Under the pieces are notes generated by a model that had not been told where the DNA came from, searched no databases, and saw only the letters and a program-made list of their open reading frames with translations. From a virus (Duplodnaviria > Caudoviricetes), in IMG/VR virus record IMGVR_UViG_3300016667_000182, positions 1 through 25,529 of that record: DNA of 25,529 nt; one strand, written 5' to 3'. Below, one piece after another: positions 16,820 to 24,575 of the stretch; position 1 is the first letter of the stretch, and every line of letters starts with the position of its first letter. The translations under genes were made by a program, and so were the position numbers.

Positions 16820-17191
16820 TCATTGCCCTCTCGCACTGTCAGGCGAGAGCTCTTTGTGCGAGTTACTCTTGGAAGTAACTCCACGGATCTTTTCCTTCAT
16901 CGCTGGTTCAAGCCAATAGCCGACTGACTGACGCGACTTAATCTCGATGCCGTATGGTTTAAGCCTACGGCGCAAACGATAGATCGCTACTCGTCCTGAT
17001 GCGGCAAGGCCAAGCTGCTGCTCTAACATCTCGTGCGTCACATACGATAACGCCACGAGTAGACCTAATATCCTACGAAGTGATGGTGGTAGTTTGTACT
17101 GCGCTGTGAGTGGGTCGACTAGTTTTAGTGTTCCTTCTAAGTCTCGTATGCGTTCGCGAAGTGCTTCGATCTCAGCGACTTTGTTCATCAC
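16820..17191 (-). CDS. Winged-helix DNA-binding protein (OmpR/PhoB C-terminal-like, no receiver domain)
   Basis: RVAIYRLRRRLKPYGIEIKSRQSVGYWL fits the recognition helix plus wing pattern; N-terminal coiled coil. Confidence 0.75.
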   Translation of the reverse strand: MMNKVAEIEALRERIRDLEGTLKLVDPLTAQYKLPPSLRRILGLLVALSYVTHEMLEQQLGLAASGRVAIYRLRRRLKPYGIEIKSRQSVGYWLEPAMKEKIRGVTSKSNSHKELSPDSARGQ

Positions 17192-17348
17192 GCTGGCCCC
17201 GAATATCTTCTGCGTAAAGGTGGCGAGACTTATCCTGTTCCTCGAGTAACTTCTCCAAGTAACGTGCTCTGCGGCATACGATCATGCCGAACATTGCGCC
17301 ACACGATGCTGCCATGGTTGTAAGGAGTGCTAGTTTAATCCAGTCCAT
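17172..17348 (-). CDS. 58 aa putative membrane protein (not in ORF track)
   Basis: MDWIKLALLTTMAASCGAMFGMIVCRRARYLEKLLEEQDKSRHLYAEDIRGQRDEQSR; fills the gap and overlaps the next start; RBS weak. Confidence 0.5.
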   Translation of the reverse strand: MDWIKLALLTTMAASCGAMFGMIVCRRARYLEKLLEEQDKSRHLYAEDIRGQRDEQSR

Positions 17349-17359
17349 GCAGCACCGAG

Positions 17360-17427
17360 AAAAGGAGCGATGGGTTTTACCCCATCGCTAAGTCAAGGGA
17401 GGAAACGCCCAAGGAAGATCCTCGAAC
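17360..17427 (-). ncRNA. MmgR/SuhB (alpha-r8)-like small RNA
   Basis: 5' stem GUUCGAGGA-UCU-UCCUUGGGC, then the decamer UUUCCUCCCU, UGACUU and terminator AGCGAUGGG-GUAAAA-CCCAUCGCU-CCUUUU; own promoter upstream. Confidence 0.78.
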
Positions 17428-17433
17428 AAGAAA

Positions 17434-17462
17434 ACGCTAAACTTTTTTTCCTGCCATGTAAA
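17434..17462 (-). promoter_or_regulatory. Sigma70-type promoter for the sRNA
   Basis: Minus strand TTTACA (17462-17457), 17 nt spacer, TAGCGT (17439-17434); +1 would fall at the start of the 5' stem. Confidence 0.6.
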
Positions 17463-17500
17463 GCTGCTAAAAGCGGTAGTCTGGCCCATAATGGGGCACG

Positions 17501-19369
17501 TCATTTTGCGTCACCGTATGACGGGCCACAGTCGGCTTCTGCTGATAGGGGTAGCCCCACTGCCCAGCTCGGTGCCGTACTCATCTCATCGAGAACCATC
17601 TGAGTTACGACCGGGACCATGTCATGCGGCACGATGTAAATAAGTTCGTCATGGACCTGACCAGCGAGCTGGATGTCGTAGGTAGCGAGTTGTTTACGAA
17701 GGCGCAGTGCAGCATCCATCACCACGATGCGAGCCAAGGCTTGGATGATGTTCTCGAGCAGCTTGCCACCAAAGATCTTCTTGCCCTTGGTCCGACCGTA
17801 GTCGAACACCCACTGCCCATCGTCCTGCCTTAGATTATGGTAGTAGAGCGACAGACCTGACGGCAGGTCGACGCGGTTCTTGCGAGCGGTAACCTTGCTA
17901 GTTACCGGACCAAGGCTAAGCGGCTCGTCGGTTGCAGCGATGTAGGACAGGGCATCGTTGAGCTTGGACCATGTCGCTGGGATGTTGGGATAGGTCGTGC
18001 GGTAGGTCGTAACGATACGCTGTGCCTCGTTATCGGATAGGTCGATCTCCTGACCCAGTTGGTTCTTAGACTGGATCTTGACGGTCGCTTGGAACTTAAC
18101 CCAGCCCATGCCGTAGCCTAGTCCCAGCACGGCGGTCTTACCAATAAACCGTTCAACCTTATCGGCCTTGGTGACAGGCTTACCGAACACGACAGACGCG
18201 AAGGATGAGTAGACGTCCTCGCCAGCGGCGAATTGCGCCACGAGGTTATCCTGCTGCGCGAACCACGCGACCATACGTGCCTCAATCTGTGCTGCGTCTG
18301 CGGCCACGACAGAGAAGCCATCGGGTGCTCTGAGTGCCTGACGTAGCTTACCGCCACGGGGGAGGTTCTGCATGTTGATACCCCAGTCGCCGGAGAGGCG
18401 GTGCGTGTGGGCACCGGAGTAGCGGAGCGGCATGGGCATGATAGCGCGCTTTCCATCCAGCCACTGGAGGGTAGCGATGCGCAGGAACTTCTCTGTGCGG
18501 CTCTCTTCTAGGGTCGATTTAAGTCCCAAGCGAGCAGACACAAGAGCCTGTACATCTGGATTTTCGTGCTCCTCTAACTCAAGGAAGGCATGGTCCGTCT
18601 TGGAGAAGGCGTAGGTTGACCGGCCAGTTGTGAGCGATGTCTTCATCGGTGGCTCGATCCCAAAGGCACGTAGGGCCTGAGCAAACTTCTCATTGCTCAT
18701 GAGATCGTCGCGTGATGTTAGACCGGCACGGGCGAGCAGTGCCTCCTTACTGTTGCGGACTTCGTGTAAGTGTTCGGCGAGCAGGTTACTATCGAGAGTA
18801 AACTCTGGTTCAACAGCACAGCGTAGCACCATGTCTTGGATGACAAGTTCTGACACCGGGAATGGTTGTAGCTTCTTATAGATTTCACGACAGAGCTCGA
18901 CATCGTTAAGCGCATACTCTGCGAGTTGCTCGTACAATCCAGCTTGCTTCATCATCGCAGCGTTCATGCCAGCGACCTTCATGATCGCTTCGCCCTTAAC
19001 ACCGACACCGAAATGATTAGCTAGTGAGGATAGCGATAGTGAGGTGGTGTTATAGGCACACTTCGCACGCGCCATGCCGAGCGTATCGATCATTAGCTTC
19101 GGCACGATACCGTAGCGCCATGACAGGATACTCATGTCGAATAAAGCGTTATGGCTAACAACCTTTGAGCTAGCCAATAGATTGTAGTTGTCGAACACCC
19201 ACTGCTTAAACTCGTGTTCATCAAGCCAGAATGGCGCGTCATCATTAAGCGCGACTGCGGCACCGATGCACTCGAAGCGAGGATCTAAGATATACTCGAC
19301 GGGTGTCATACGACGCAGTGAGTATTCGGTGGAATAGTATGTTTCGAAATCGAGATAGATTGTCTGCAT
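17501..19369 (-). CDS. polA: Family A DNA polymerase with 3'-5' exonuclease
   Basis: Exo motifs LDFET, HNALFD, YALND; polymerase motif A DAAQIEAR, B RFIGKTAVLGLGYG, C VHDE. Confidence 0.95.
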   Translation of the reverse strand: MQTIYLDFETYYSTEYSLRRMTPVEYILDPRFECIGAAVALNDDAPFWLDEHEFKQWVFDNYNLLASSKVVSHNALFDMSILSWRYGIVPKLMIDTLGMARAKCAYNTTSLSLSSLANHFGVGVKGEAIMKVAGMNAAMMKQAGLYEQLAEYALNDVELCREIYKKLQPFPVSELVIQDMVLRCAVEPEFTLDSNLLAEHLHEVRNSKEALLARAGLTSRDDLMSNEKFAQALRAFGIEPPMKTSLTTGRSTYAFSKTDHAFLELEEHENPDVQALVSARLGLKSTLEESRTEKFLRIATLQWLDGKRAIMPMPLRYSGAHTHRLSGDWGINMQNLPRGGKLRQALRAPDGFSVVAADAAQIEARMVAWFAQQDNLVAQFAAGEDVYSSFASVVFGKPVTKADKVERFIGKTAVLGLGYGMGWVKFQATVKIQSKNQLGQEIDLSDNEAQRIVTTYRTTYPNIPATWSKLNDALSYIAATDEPLSLGPVTSKVTARKNRVDLPSGLSLYYHNLRQDDGQWVFDYGRTKGKKIFGGKLLENIIQALARIVVMDAALRLRKQLATYDIQLAGQVHDELIYIVPHDMVPVVTQMVLDEMSTAPSWAVGLPLSAEADCGPSYGDAK

Positions 19370-19397
19370 GGCAGCTAACTCACTAGCGGTAGTGGTG

Positions 19398-19426
19398 TTG
19401 ACAGTTGGGACTACAAGATCTATTTA
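19398..19426 (+). promoter_or_regulatory. Plus-strand sigma70-type promoter in the PolA upstream gap
   Basis: Perfect TTGACA (19398-19403), 17 nt spacer, TATTTA; points against the surrounding genes. Confidence 0.55.
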
Positions 19427-19431
19427 TCTAA

Positions 19432-19506
19432 CAGCCACGGCGGTGGCTCTCCTTGGGTGGGAGTTAGTGGGCGGCGAGGTTGGTGGTTACCCTCGCCGCC
19501 CTTTTT
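19432..19506 (+). ncRNA. Candidate plus-strand small RNA
   Basis: Hairpins AGCCAC-GGCG-GTGGCT and CTCC...GGAG, then an 11 bp stem (19469-19479/19491-19501) with a T-tract on the + strand only. Confidence 0.55.
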
Positions 19507-19512
19507 ATTTGG

Positions 19513-20238
19513 TTACCACGTTAGTAACTGGCTCTGCTGACCCGTCTCTACCTTATGATGGTCCTCGAACCTAACTCCATAGTGCACTGGTGCATGTGCC
19601 TGTGTTGGTACCATAGTAGCTTTGGCAATGATGGTGTTGGTATCGATTATGATCTGCCTGCTACCATGAGGAAGGCTTGGGATAGTGCGGGGTATGGTGT
19701 TCTTAGATAGGTTCTTAGCATCGTCATCTAGGCCAGCTTCTTTGAGAAGCGTAATGATGCTTGGCATAAAGTACCGCACCTGACGCATGTTGGTACAGGC
19801 ATCGTTGAGTATCTCCAATGCAATCCGTGCGCGAGCGAACATTACAGCGATGGGGTACATCTTGTCGGCGTAGTCTTTAACGCAGTCGTAGAACGGCATT
19901 GACGGATCGATGGTGAACGCTTTGTTGGTAGCGTACTTAGGGAGTAGGCACTTAACCTGTTTAAGTCCGACGTCTATGTACACGGTGTTGTGCTCGCAGT
20001 ACCCATCGTTCATCTCATACTTTACAGGCACAGCTAACTTAATAGCGTGATTGTGCGCCGCAGGATGAAGGCCGAGCTCGTATCCACGTTCTAGGATTGG
20101 GACATCTTCTGGTGCGATAACGCTATTGAACACGGCACGCTGATCTACATCCAAGCTATAGATCGCGAACATCCTACGGTTAAGATCGCGTAGTGTGCTG
20201 ATGAGCATGGACAGTGTGTTTGGTTTAATTGCAGACAT
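19513..20238 (-). CDS. Hypothetical protein (start revised to MSAIKPN)
   Basis: AGGAGTTACC-ATG RBS at 20238; long ORF filling the gap. Confidence 0.7.
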   Translation of the reverse strand: MSAIKPNTLSMLISTLRDLNRRMFAIYSLDVDQRAVFNSVIAPEDVPILERGYELGLHPAAHNHAIKLAVPVKYEMNDGYCEHNTVYIDVGLKQVKCLLPKYATNKAFTIDPSMPFYDCVKDYADKMYPIAVMFARARIALEILNDACTNMRQVRYFMPSIITLLKEAGLDDDAKNLSKNTIPRTIPSLPHGSRQIIIDTNTIIAKATMVPTQAHAPVHYGVRFEDHHKVETGQQSQLLTW

Positions 20239-20300
20239 GGTAACTCCTATAGTTATGAATTGAGTGTGGGGATTGCAGGATTTCACGGCGATATGTTGCG

Positions 20301-20424
20301 CCTAACGAGGAGCCGAACCCTGCCTTGTCGCGCCTTCAGACCATGTGAGAAACGAAAATAAAACACATGCTGTCACGCTCACCCGACCCCACCTGCGGTC
20401 GTGGGTAGGAGCTTCCTCGTTAGG
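20301..20424. other. Multi-stem structured intergenic element
   Basis: Perfect 11 bp inverted repeat (20301-20311/20414-20424) enclosing two hairpins. Confidence 0.55.
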
Positions 20425-21697
20425 AACTTGTGATGGGGCACTCGACTACGTCGCCCCATGGATACTTGGAAGAGTGCTTGGAGATGTCACCCCACAGTAC
20501 AGGATAGGATGGCTCGGCTGATGGGAACGAACCGTCACCGTCAGTGAGATAGACAAGAGCGTCAGGTGTGAGATCGTGCTCGGCAATGTAGTCGAACACG
20601 GGGATGAACGATGTGCCGCCCCAGCCGGGTACAGGCTGAGCACGAAGTGCTTTGAGATCGCTAGCGTCCTCGACCTCGTCGACACGATGGACCTTGGCAT
20701 CGCACCACACAGCGAGCAAGCGACGTGGTTTAAGATCCTCGACAATACCTGAGAGCTCGGCGAAGAAGCGGTCGATGATGGTAGGATCGGCAGCGATAGA
20801 GCCAGACGTATCGATGGCTACTACGATAGTACCAGCAGCGTGACCTGAGCGACCCGGTGCGTAGATAGGATCTTTGCGAGCGATGAGGCGACGGTCAGGG
20901 CGACGCCAGTCATAGCTACCGGAGCCAACCTTGCGTGCAAAGAAGGCATCGATCTTCTCCTGCCACGGCACCTGCGGCTCGAGTACCTCGCCAAGCAGAC
21001 GCTCGATGCTAGCAGCTAACTTACCCTGAGCCTTAGCAGCAGCGAGGCCAGCAGCTACAGCTTGCCGCCACTCTGTCTCGTTACGCTCGGAGTTACCGCT
21101 ACCACCCTTACCATCCTCTGGTTGCAGATGCTCGTCGAAGCCACCATCATTACCGCCTCCGCCTTCGTCGTCGGTATAGACCTTGCGATAGACATCGATG
21201 GCACTGTCGTCACCCGTCGCAACACTGCGGTCGTGCAGTCCCATAGTTGGGAACGAGCCAACACCTGCGGTGATGAGCGCGTCGTTGATAACGAGATCAG
21301 TCGCCATGTTCATGGTCTTGTGATTGTACTTGATCTTGGTACCGTCTGAGTAACGGACCTCGCCTTGCTTGGAAAACTTCTTGGCCTGTCCGCAATGATC
21401 CCAGATACCATGCAGCACTTCGTGTGCGAGGATGAACACACGCTCGGCGAGCGGCAGCTTGAAGAATGTGTCAGGGTTGATGAGCACGTTGCTACCGTCA
21501 GTCGCAGCGTATGGTACGTCCTTGGTGAACGTAGCGATATACTCGGAGCCCTTGGGGTTCATCATGGTGTACAGGACATGAGAGAAGGCGGGGCAGTTCC
21601 ATAAGAAGGCGGCGCGTGTCTCAGTCCACAAGCGAGACTGGTGTGCAGTGATATCGCATGTTGAGATAGAGGATGCTGTGCGAGTTGCGGATGTCAT
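20420..21697 (-). CDS. DUF2201-like metallopeptidase + VWA domain protein
   Basis: AATDG, LAHEVLH (HExxH), NMATDLVIN; MIDAS elements DTSGS, GGTSF, YLTDG. Confidence 0.88.
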   Translation of the reverse strand: MTSATRTASSISTCDITAHQSRLWTETRAAFLWNCPAFSHVLYTMMNPKGSEYIATFTKDVPYAATDGSNVLINPDTFFKLPLAERVFILAHEVLHGIWDHCGQAKKFSKQGEVRYSDGTKIKYNHKTMNMATDLVINDALITAGVGSFPTMGLHDRSVATGDDSAIDVYRKVYTDDEGGGGNDGGFDEHLQPEDGKGGSGNSERNETEWRQAVAAGLAAAKAQGKLAASIERLLGEVLEPQVPWQEKIDAFFARKVGSGSYDWRRPDRRLIARKDPIYAPGRSGHAAGTIVVAIDTSGSIAADPTIIDRFFAELSGIVEDLKPRRLLAVWCDAKVHRVDEVEDASDLKALRAQPVPGWGGTSFIPVFDYIAEHDLTPDALVYLTDGDGSFPSAEPSYPVLWGDISKHSSKYPWGDVVECPITSS

Positions 21698-21702
21698 GGT
21701 GG

Positions 21703-21957
21703 TTACTCCTGATCTTCTGCGTTCTCGAAGATATCGATACCTTCGTCGCCGTCAAACGGATCGAAGGCGGTTACCGCAATGAGTGGGGCGTGCTCGTCGG
21801 AGATGAGTTGAGCGGCAGCGAGAAGGCCACGGGCTGATTGTGCAGCAGCTCGGCGCACGATATCGAAACGTGACTTATCTTTGAAACGGACCTTGAGTTC
21901 GATGGTGACTGTCTTCTGCATATCAGGTCTCCAGATGGCTTTGATGATTGGGTTCAT
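21703..21957 (-). CDS. Hypothetical protein
   Basis: 84 aa ORF packed between neighbours; start may be the internal MQKTV. Confidence 0.6.
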   Translation of the reverse strand: MNPIIKAIWRPDMQKTVTIELKVRFKDKSRFDIVRRAAAQSARGLLAAAQLISDEHAPLIAVTAFDPFDGDEGIDIFENAEDQE

Positions 21958-21958
21958 G

Positions 21959-22447
21959 TTACTTCGGTGGTAACTTCAGTGCTCTGCGCATGTCGGGATC
22001 TTCTTGGGTGCGGGCGAACCAGTTGTTAAAGATCTCCATACCTTCCTGACCTTTGAAGTAGTATGTGTTGTAGCTCTTCGCGACTTGGCGAGCGACTACC
22101 GGAGCATCGGGCTCAAAGTTGCGTGACATAAACGCGATGGCATCTTTGGCTACGATGTTGAGCGGTGCAGCGATAGGGCGAAGGTACTGCACGTTCGGGA
22201 TCTCGACACTCATTCCTACTATTCCTCTGGTGTGATGGTTCCAGCGAAAGTAAGGAACGAACGGTCGTTTAAGATCCTTAGCTAATGCACGAGCAAACTT
22301 GTGCATACCGTTGTTCGGCATGAAGTCACTAAACCGTGCTCTGAAGATTGTGTTGTTCATGATCTCTAATGTGATCGCTCGGATATCATTAGTGAGATCG
22401 AGATACTTAGTTGGCAACATGACTGGTGCTTCGTTGTCCTGAGACAT
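21959..22447 (-). CDS. Hypothetical protein
   Basis: AGGAGTAACCG-ATG RBS; 162 aa. Confidence 0.7.
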   Translation of the reverse strand: MSQDNEAPVMLPTKYLDLTNDIRAITLEIMNNTIFRARFSDFMPNNGMHKFARALAKDLKRPFVPYFRWNHHTRGIVGMSVEIPNVQYLRPIAAPLNIVAKDAIAFMSRNFEPDAPVVARQVAKSYNTYYFKGQEGMEIFNNWFARTQEDPDMRRALKLPPK

Positions 22448-22482
22448 CGGTTACTCCTAATAGTTATGGTGTGATGGTGTGA

Positions 22483-22518
22483 TGGCCCACCCCACGAGGG
22501 GGGATCAGGGGTGGGCCA
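22483..22518. other. 11 bp GC-rich hairpin without U-tract
   Basis: tggcccacccc (22483-22493) / ggggtgggcca (22508-22518). Confidence 0.6.
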
Positions 22519-22545
22519 CTCAGTCCGCTATGCGTTAATCACGGA

Positions 22546-23625
22546 CTAAGCTGCGTGCATCATAGACACGATGGTCGCGTTCTTGGTAGCCCAAGTCGAG
22601 AAGGCATCGGTCATGATGAGCTCTGGGATACGTTGGCATGTAGACTTAGCGAACGTAGCGGCGAACTCTTTGGGGAAGCGGTCGACGTATTGCAAGACAG
22701 GCTTGGCAGTCTTGGCATCGACGCGAGCAGAGAGCTCGTAGATGGAGAGCATACGCGCGTCAGGTGCCTTGGGCAGCTTGGCATTGTCAGGGTCAGCGAT
22801 GATCTCTGCGAAGGACGGCAGCTCGTGACCTAGCTTGACGAAGGCGACGAGTTGCTGTGCAGCAGCCTCACCGATAAGGCCAGCAGCCATCTCGATTGCA
22901 GCAGCGTCAGTCGGCAGCTTGCCAGTGGGATAGACGCTACGCATGACGCGAGAGAGCATGACAAGCGAGCGAGGCGTGCACCATGGACCTTGCTTGTCAG
23001 GTACCTTGCCGTCGAACACGATGTGTGGGTTAGACACAGCGAAGGCGACGAACAGCGGCTCGATACCGCGTGCGTTGGCCCATGCCTCCCATGCGTTAAC
23101 ATCGGGAGTAACCTCGATCTGCAAGCGGCGATTGATAACGAAGTCGAATGACTTGGTGACGCCCGAACGATCTTGGCTACGGTTAGATGCTGCGATGATG
23201 GACCAGCCATCGGGGAGTTGCCACGGACCTAGACGGCGGTTGAGCAAGAGCTCGGCAGATGCACGCTTAGTCTCTGGCTCGCCTTGACCAAACTCGTCTA
23301 GGAAAAGGATGCCGCGTTCATACTGCGTGACAGGGATACCGTTGCGATCCTGCATCCACGGGGGAAGTGTGAAAGCAGAGACAGAGACGGTCTTGCCACC
23401 AAACTCGCGGTCACGCGGCACCATGTAGCCCATGAGATCGGTAGGGGTCATGGTAGCGAGGAAGCAGGTAGCGAAGCCCCACTCGAAGCCGTCGCGCTTG
23501 GACATGATAGCGCGAATTTGCTCGACCCATTCTGACTTGCCAAGACCGGGCGACGACTGCAATTCGATGGACACGCCGCTGTCAAGAAGACCGGGCGCAA
23601 TGGTGCTAAGAGTTTCGAAGTTCAT
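22546..23625 (-). CDS. MoxR-like AAA+ ATPase
   Basis: Walker A SSPGLGKS, DLMG, Walker B LFLDE, sensor AASN, INRR arginine-finger region, TPRS; VWA partner downstream. Confidence 0.88.
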   Translation of the reverse strand: MNFETLSTIAPGLLDSGVSIELQSSPGLGKSEWVEQIRAIMSKRDGFEWGFATCFLATMTPTDLMGYMVPRDREFGGKTVSVSAFTLPPWMQDRNGIPVTQYERGILFLDEFGQGEPETKRASAELLLNRRLGPWQLPDGWSIIAASNRSQDRSGVTKSFDFVINRRLQIEVTPDVNAWEAWANARGIEPLFVAFAVSNPHIVFDGKVPDKQGPWCTPRSLVMLSRVMRSVYPTGKLPTDAAAIEMAAGLIGEAAAQQLVAFVKLGHELPSFAEIIADPDNAKLPKAPDARMLSIYELSARVDAKTAKPVLQYVDRFPKEFAATFAKSTCQRIPELIMTDAFSTWATKNATIVSMMHAA

Positions 23626-23652
23626 GGCGGTGGTTCCTATGATGGTTGGTTA

Positions 23653-23880
23653 CTACGCGAAGTAATTGGGTGGTGTGGTAGTCACTTCTATAAGTATCTG
23701 ATCGGTATTCCAAACACGTTGCTTCTCGTGTCGTGGTAGTTGGTCGAACAGATCCCTATTGATGAGTAGTAAATTACGCTTCTTGTCTAGGTGGGAGACA
23801 GTATTATGGGTAGGCATTACTGAAGCGTCAACATAGCGGAATAGGCGGTTTGGCCCATTTTGGGGTGTTACATTACTCAA
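23653..23880 (-). CDS. Hypothetical protein
   Basis: TTG start overlapping the upstream stop, AGGAG RBS; 75 aa. Confidence 0.6.
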   Translation of the reverse strand: MSNVTPQNGPNRLFRYVDASVMPTHNTVSHLDKKRNLLLINRDLFDQLPRHEKQRVWNTDQILIEVTTTPPNYFA

Positions 23881-24169
23881 TTATGCTCCTAATCTCTTCC
23901 ATTACAGAAGTGCAGCGGGTTAGGACGGATGCCCTAATCTCAGGCGAGGAATTGATGACGACAGGATCAGTGTGAGCAAGCGAAGCCATAAGGTTTCGCA
24001 GCTCGATCATCCGGTCATGCGCAGGTAGTTGTGTGTATGCCGTGCGCACGGCGTTGGTTGATTTCCTAGTTACCGCATCATCCACGTTTAGTTCTTGCAG
24101 CATGAGGCTGATGGCTATCCGTGCATGGTAGACGGGTTCTAGTGGATCAATGTGTACTTCATACCGCAT
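23873..24169 (-). CDS. Hypothetical protein
   Basis: 98 aa ORF overlapping both neighbours in operon fashion. Confidence 0.6.
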   Translation of the reverse strand: MRYEVHIDPLEPVYHARIAISLMLQELNVDDAVTRKSTNAVRTAYTQLPAHDRMIELRNLMASLAHTDPVVINSSPEIRASVLTRCTSVMEEIRSIIE

Positions 24170-24557
24170 GGGCCTGCTGCTCTACTTCTTCTTCGCGGAT
24201 GATGGGACGAGGCTTGGGTGCAAACTTGCGAGCGATCTCGGCAGCGCTGATGTCTGCCTCGAGCTGCGCCATGTTAACCTTGTCATTACCGTTACTACGG
24301 ACGTTACTGAATTGACCAGCGAAGGCAGCGTAGTTGATGAGATCGATCCATGTGTCATCCTTGGTCGGGCTCTCAACAGAACGTGCTAACTTTGTAGCGA
24401 TGTGAAAAACGCATACCTCAAATGGTGTTACGTTTCGATTAAGCAGGATAGACGCAAGGTTAGCGATACGTTCAAAGCAAGGCTCGACAGGGCCGTACTC
24501 CTTGCCGCGTTCAGTCAAAATGCGAGCGGACGCAGAGATGAAATCTGTGTGGTGCAT
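24159..24557 (-). CDS. DUF6378-like all-alpha protein (nucleotide pyrophosphatase-like fold suspected)
   Basis: ERGKEYG...FERIA...KLAR...DDTWIDLINYAA pattern; GGAGTTACCC-ATG RBS. Confidence 0.75.
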   Translation of the reverse strand: MHHTDFISASARILTERGKEYGPVEPCFERIANLASILLNRNVTPFEVCVFHIATKLARSVESPTKDDTWIDLINYAAFAGQFSNVRSNGNDKVNMAQLEADISAAEIARKFAPKPRPIIREEEVEQQAHAV

Positions 24558-24575
24558 GGGTAACTCCGATGGTTA

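Noticed and set aside
17370-17603. + strand 77 aa ORF
   Set aside because: Runs antisense over the sRNA, its promoter and the polA end; no coding support.
6854-19369. Inteins or introns in polymerase, helicase or primase
   Set aside because: Lengths and motif spacing are normal; no splicing motifs seen.
19424-19453. Minus-strand micro-ORF (AAGGAG RBS, GTG GCT GTT AGA TAA) as a polA leader peptide
   Set aside because: Only four codons and cannot be supported from sequence; kept only as an alternative reading of the + strand sRNA.
19368-19574. + strand 68 aa ORF
   Set aside because: Crosses a promoter and a terminator; better explained as non-coding.
20287-20424. tRNA or known self-cleaving ribozyme
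   Set aside because: No cloverleaf with a T-loop and no complete catalytic core consensus found by eye.
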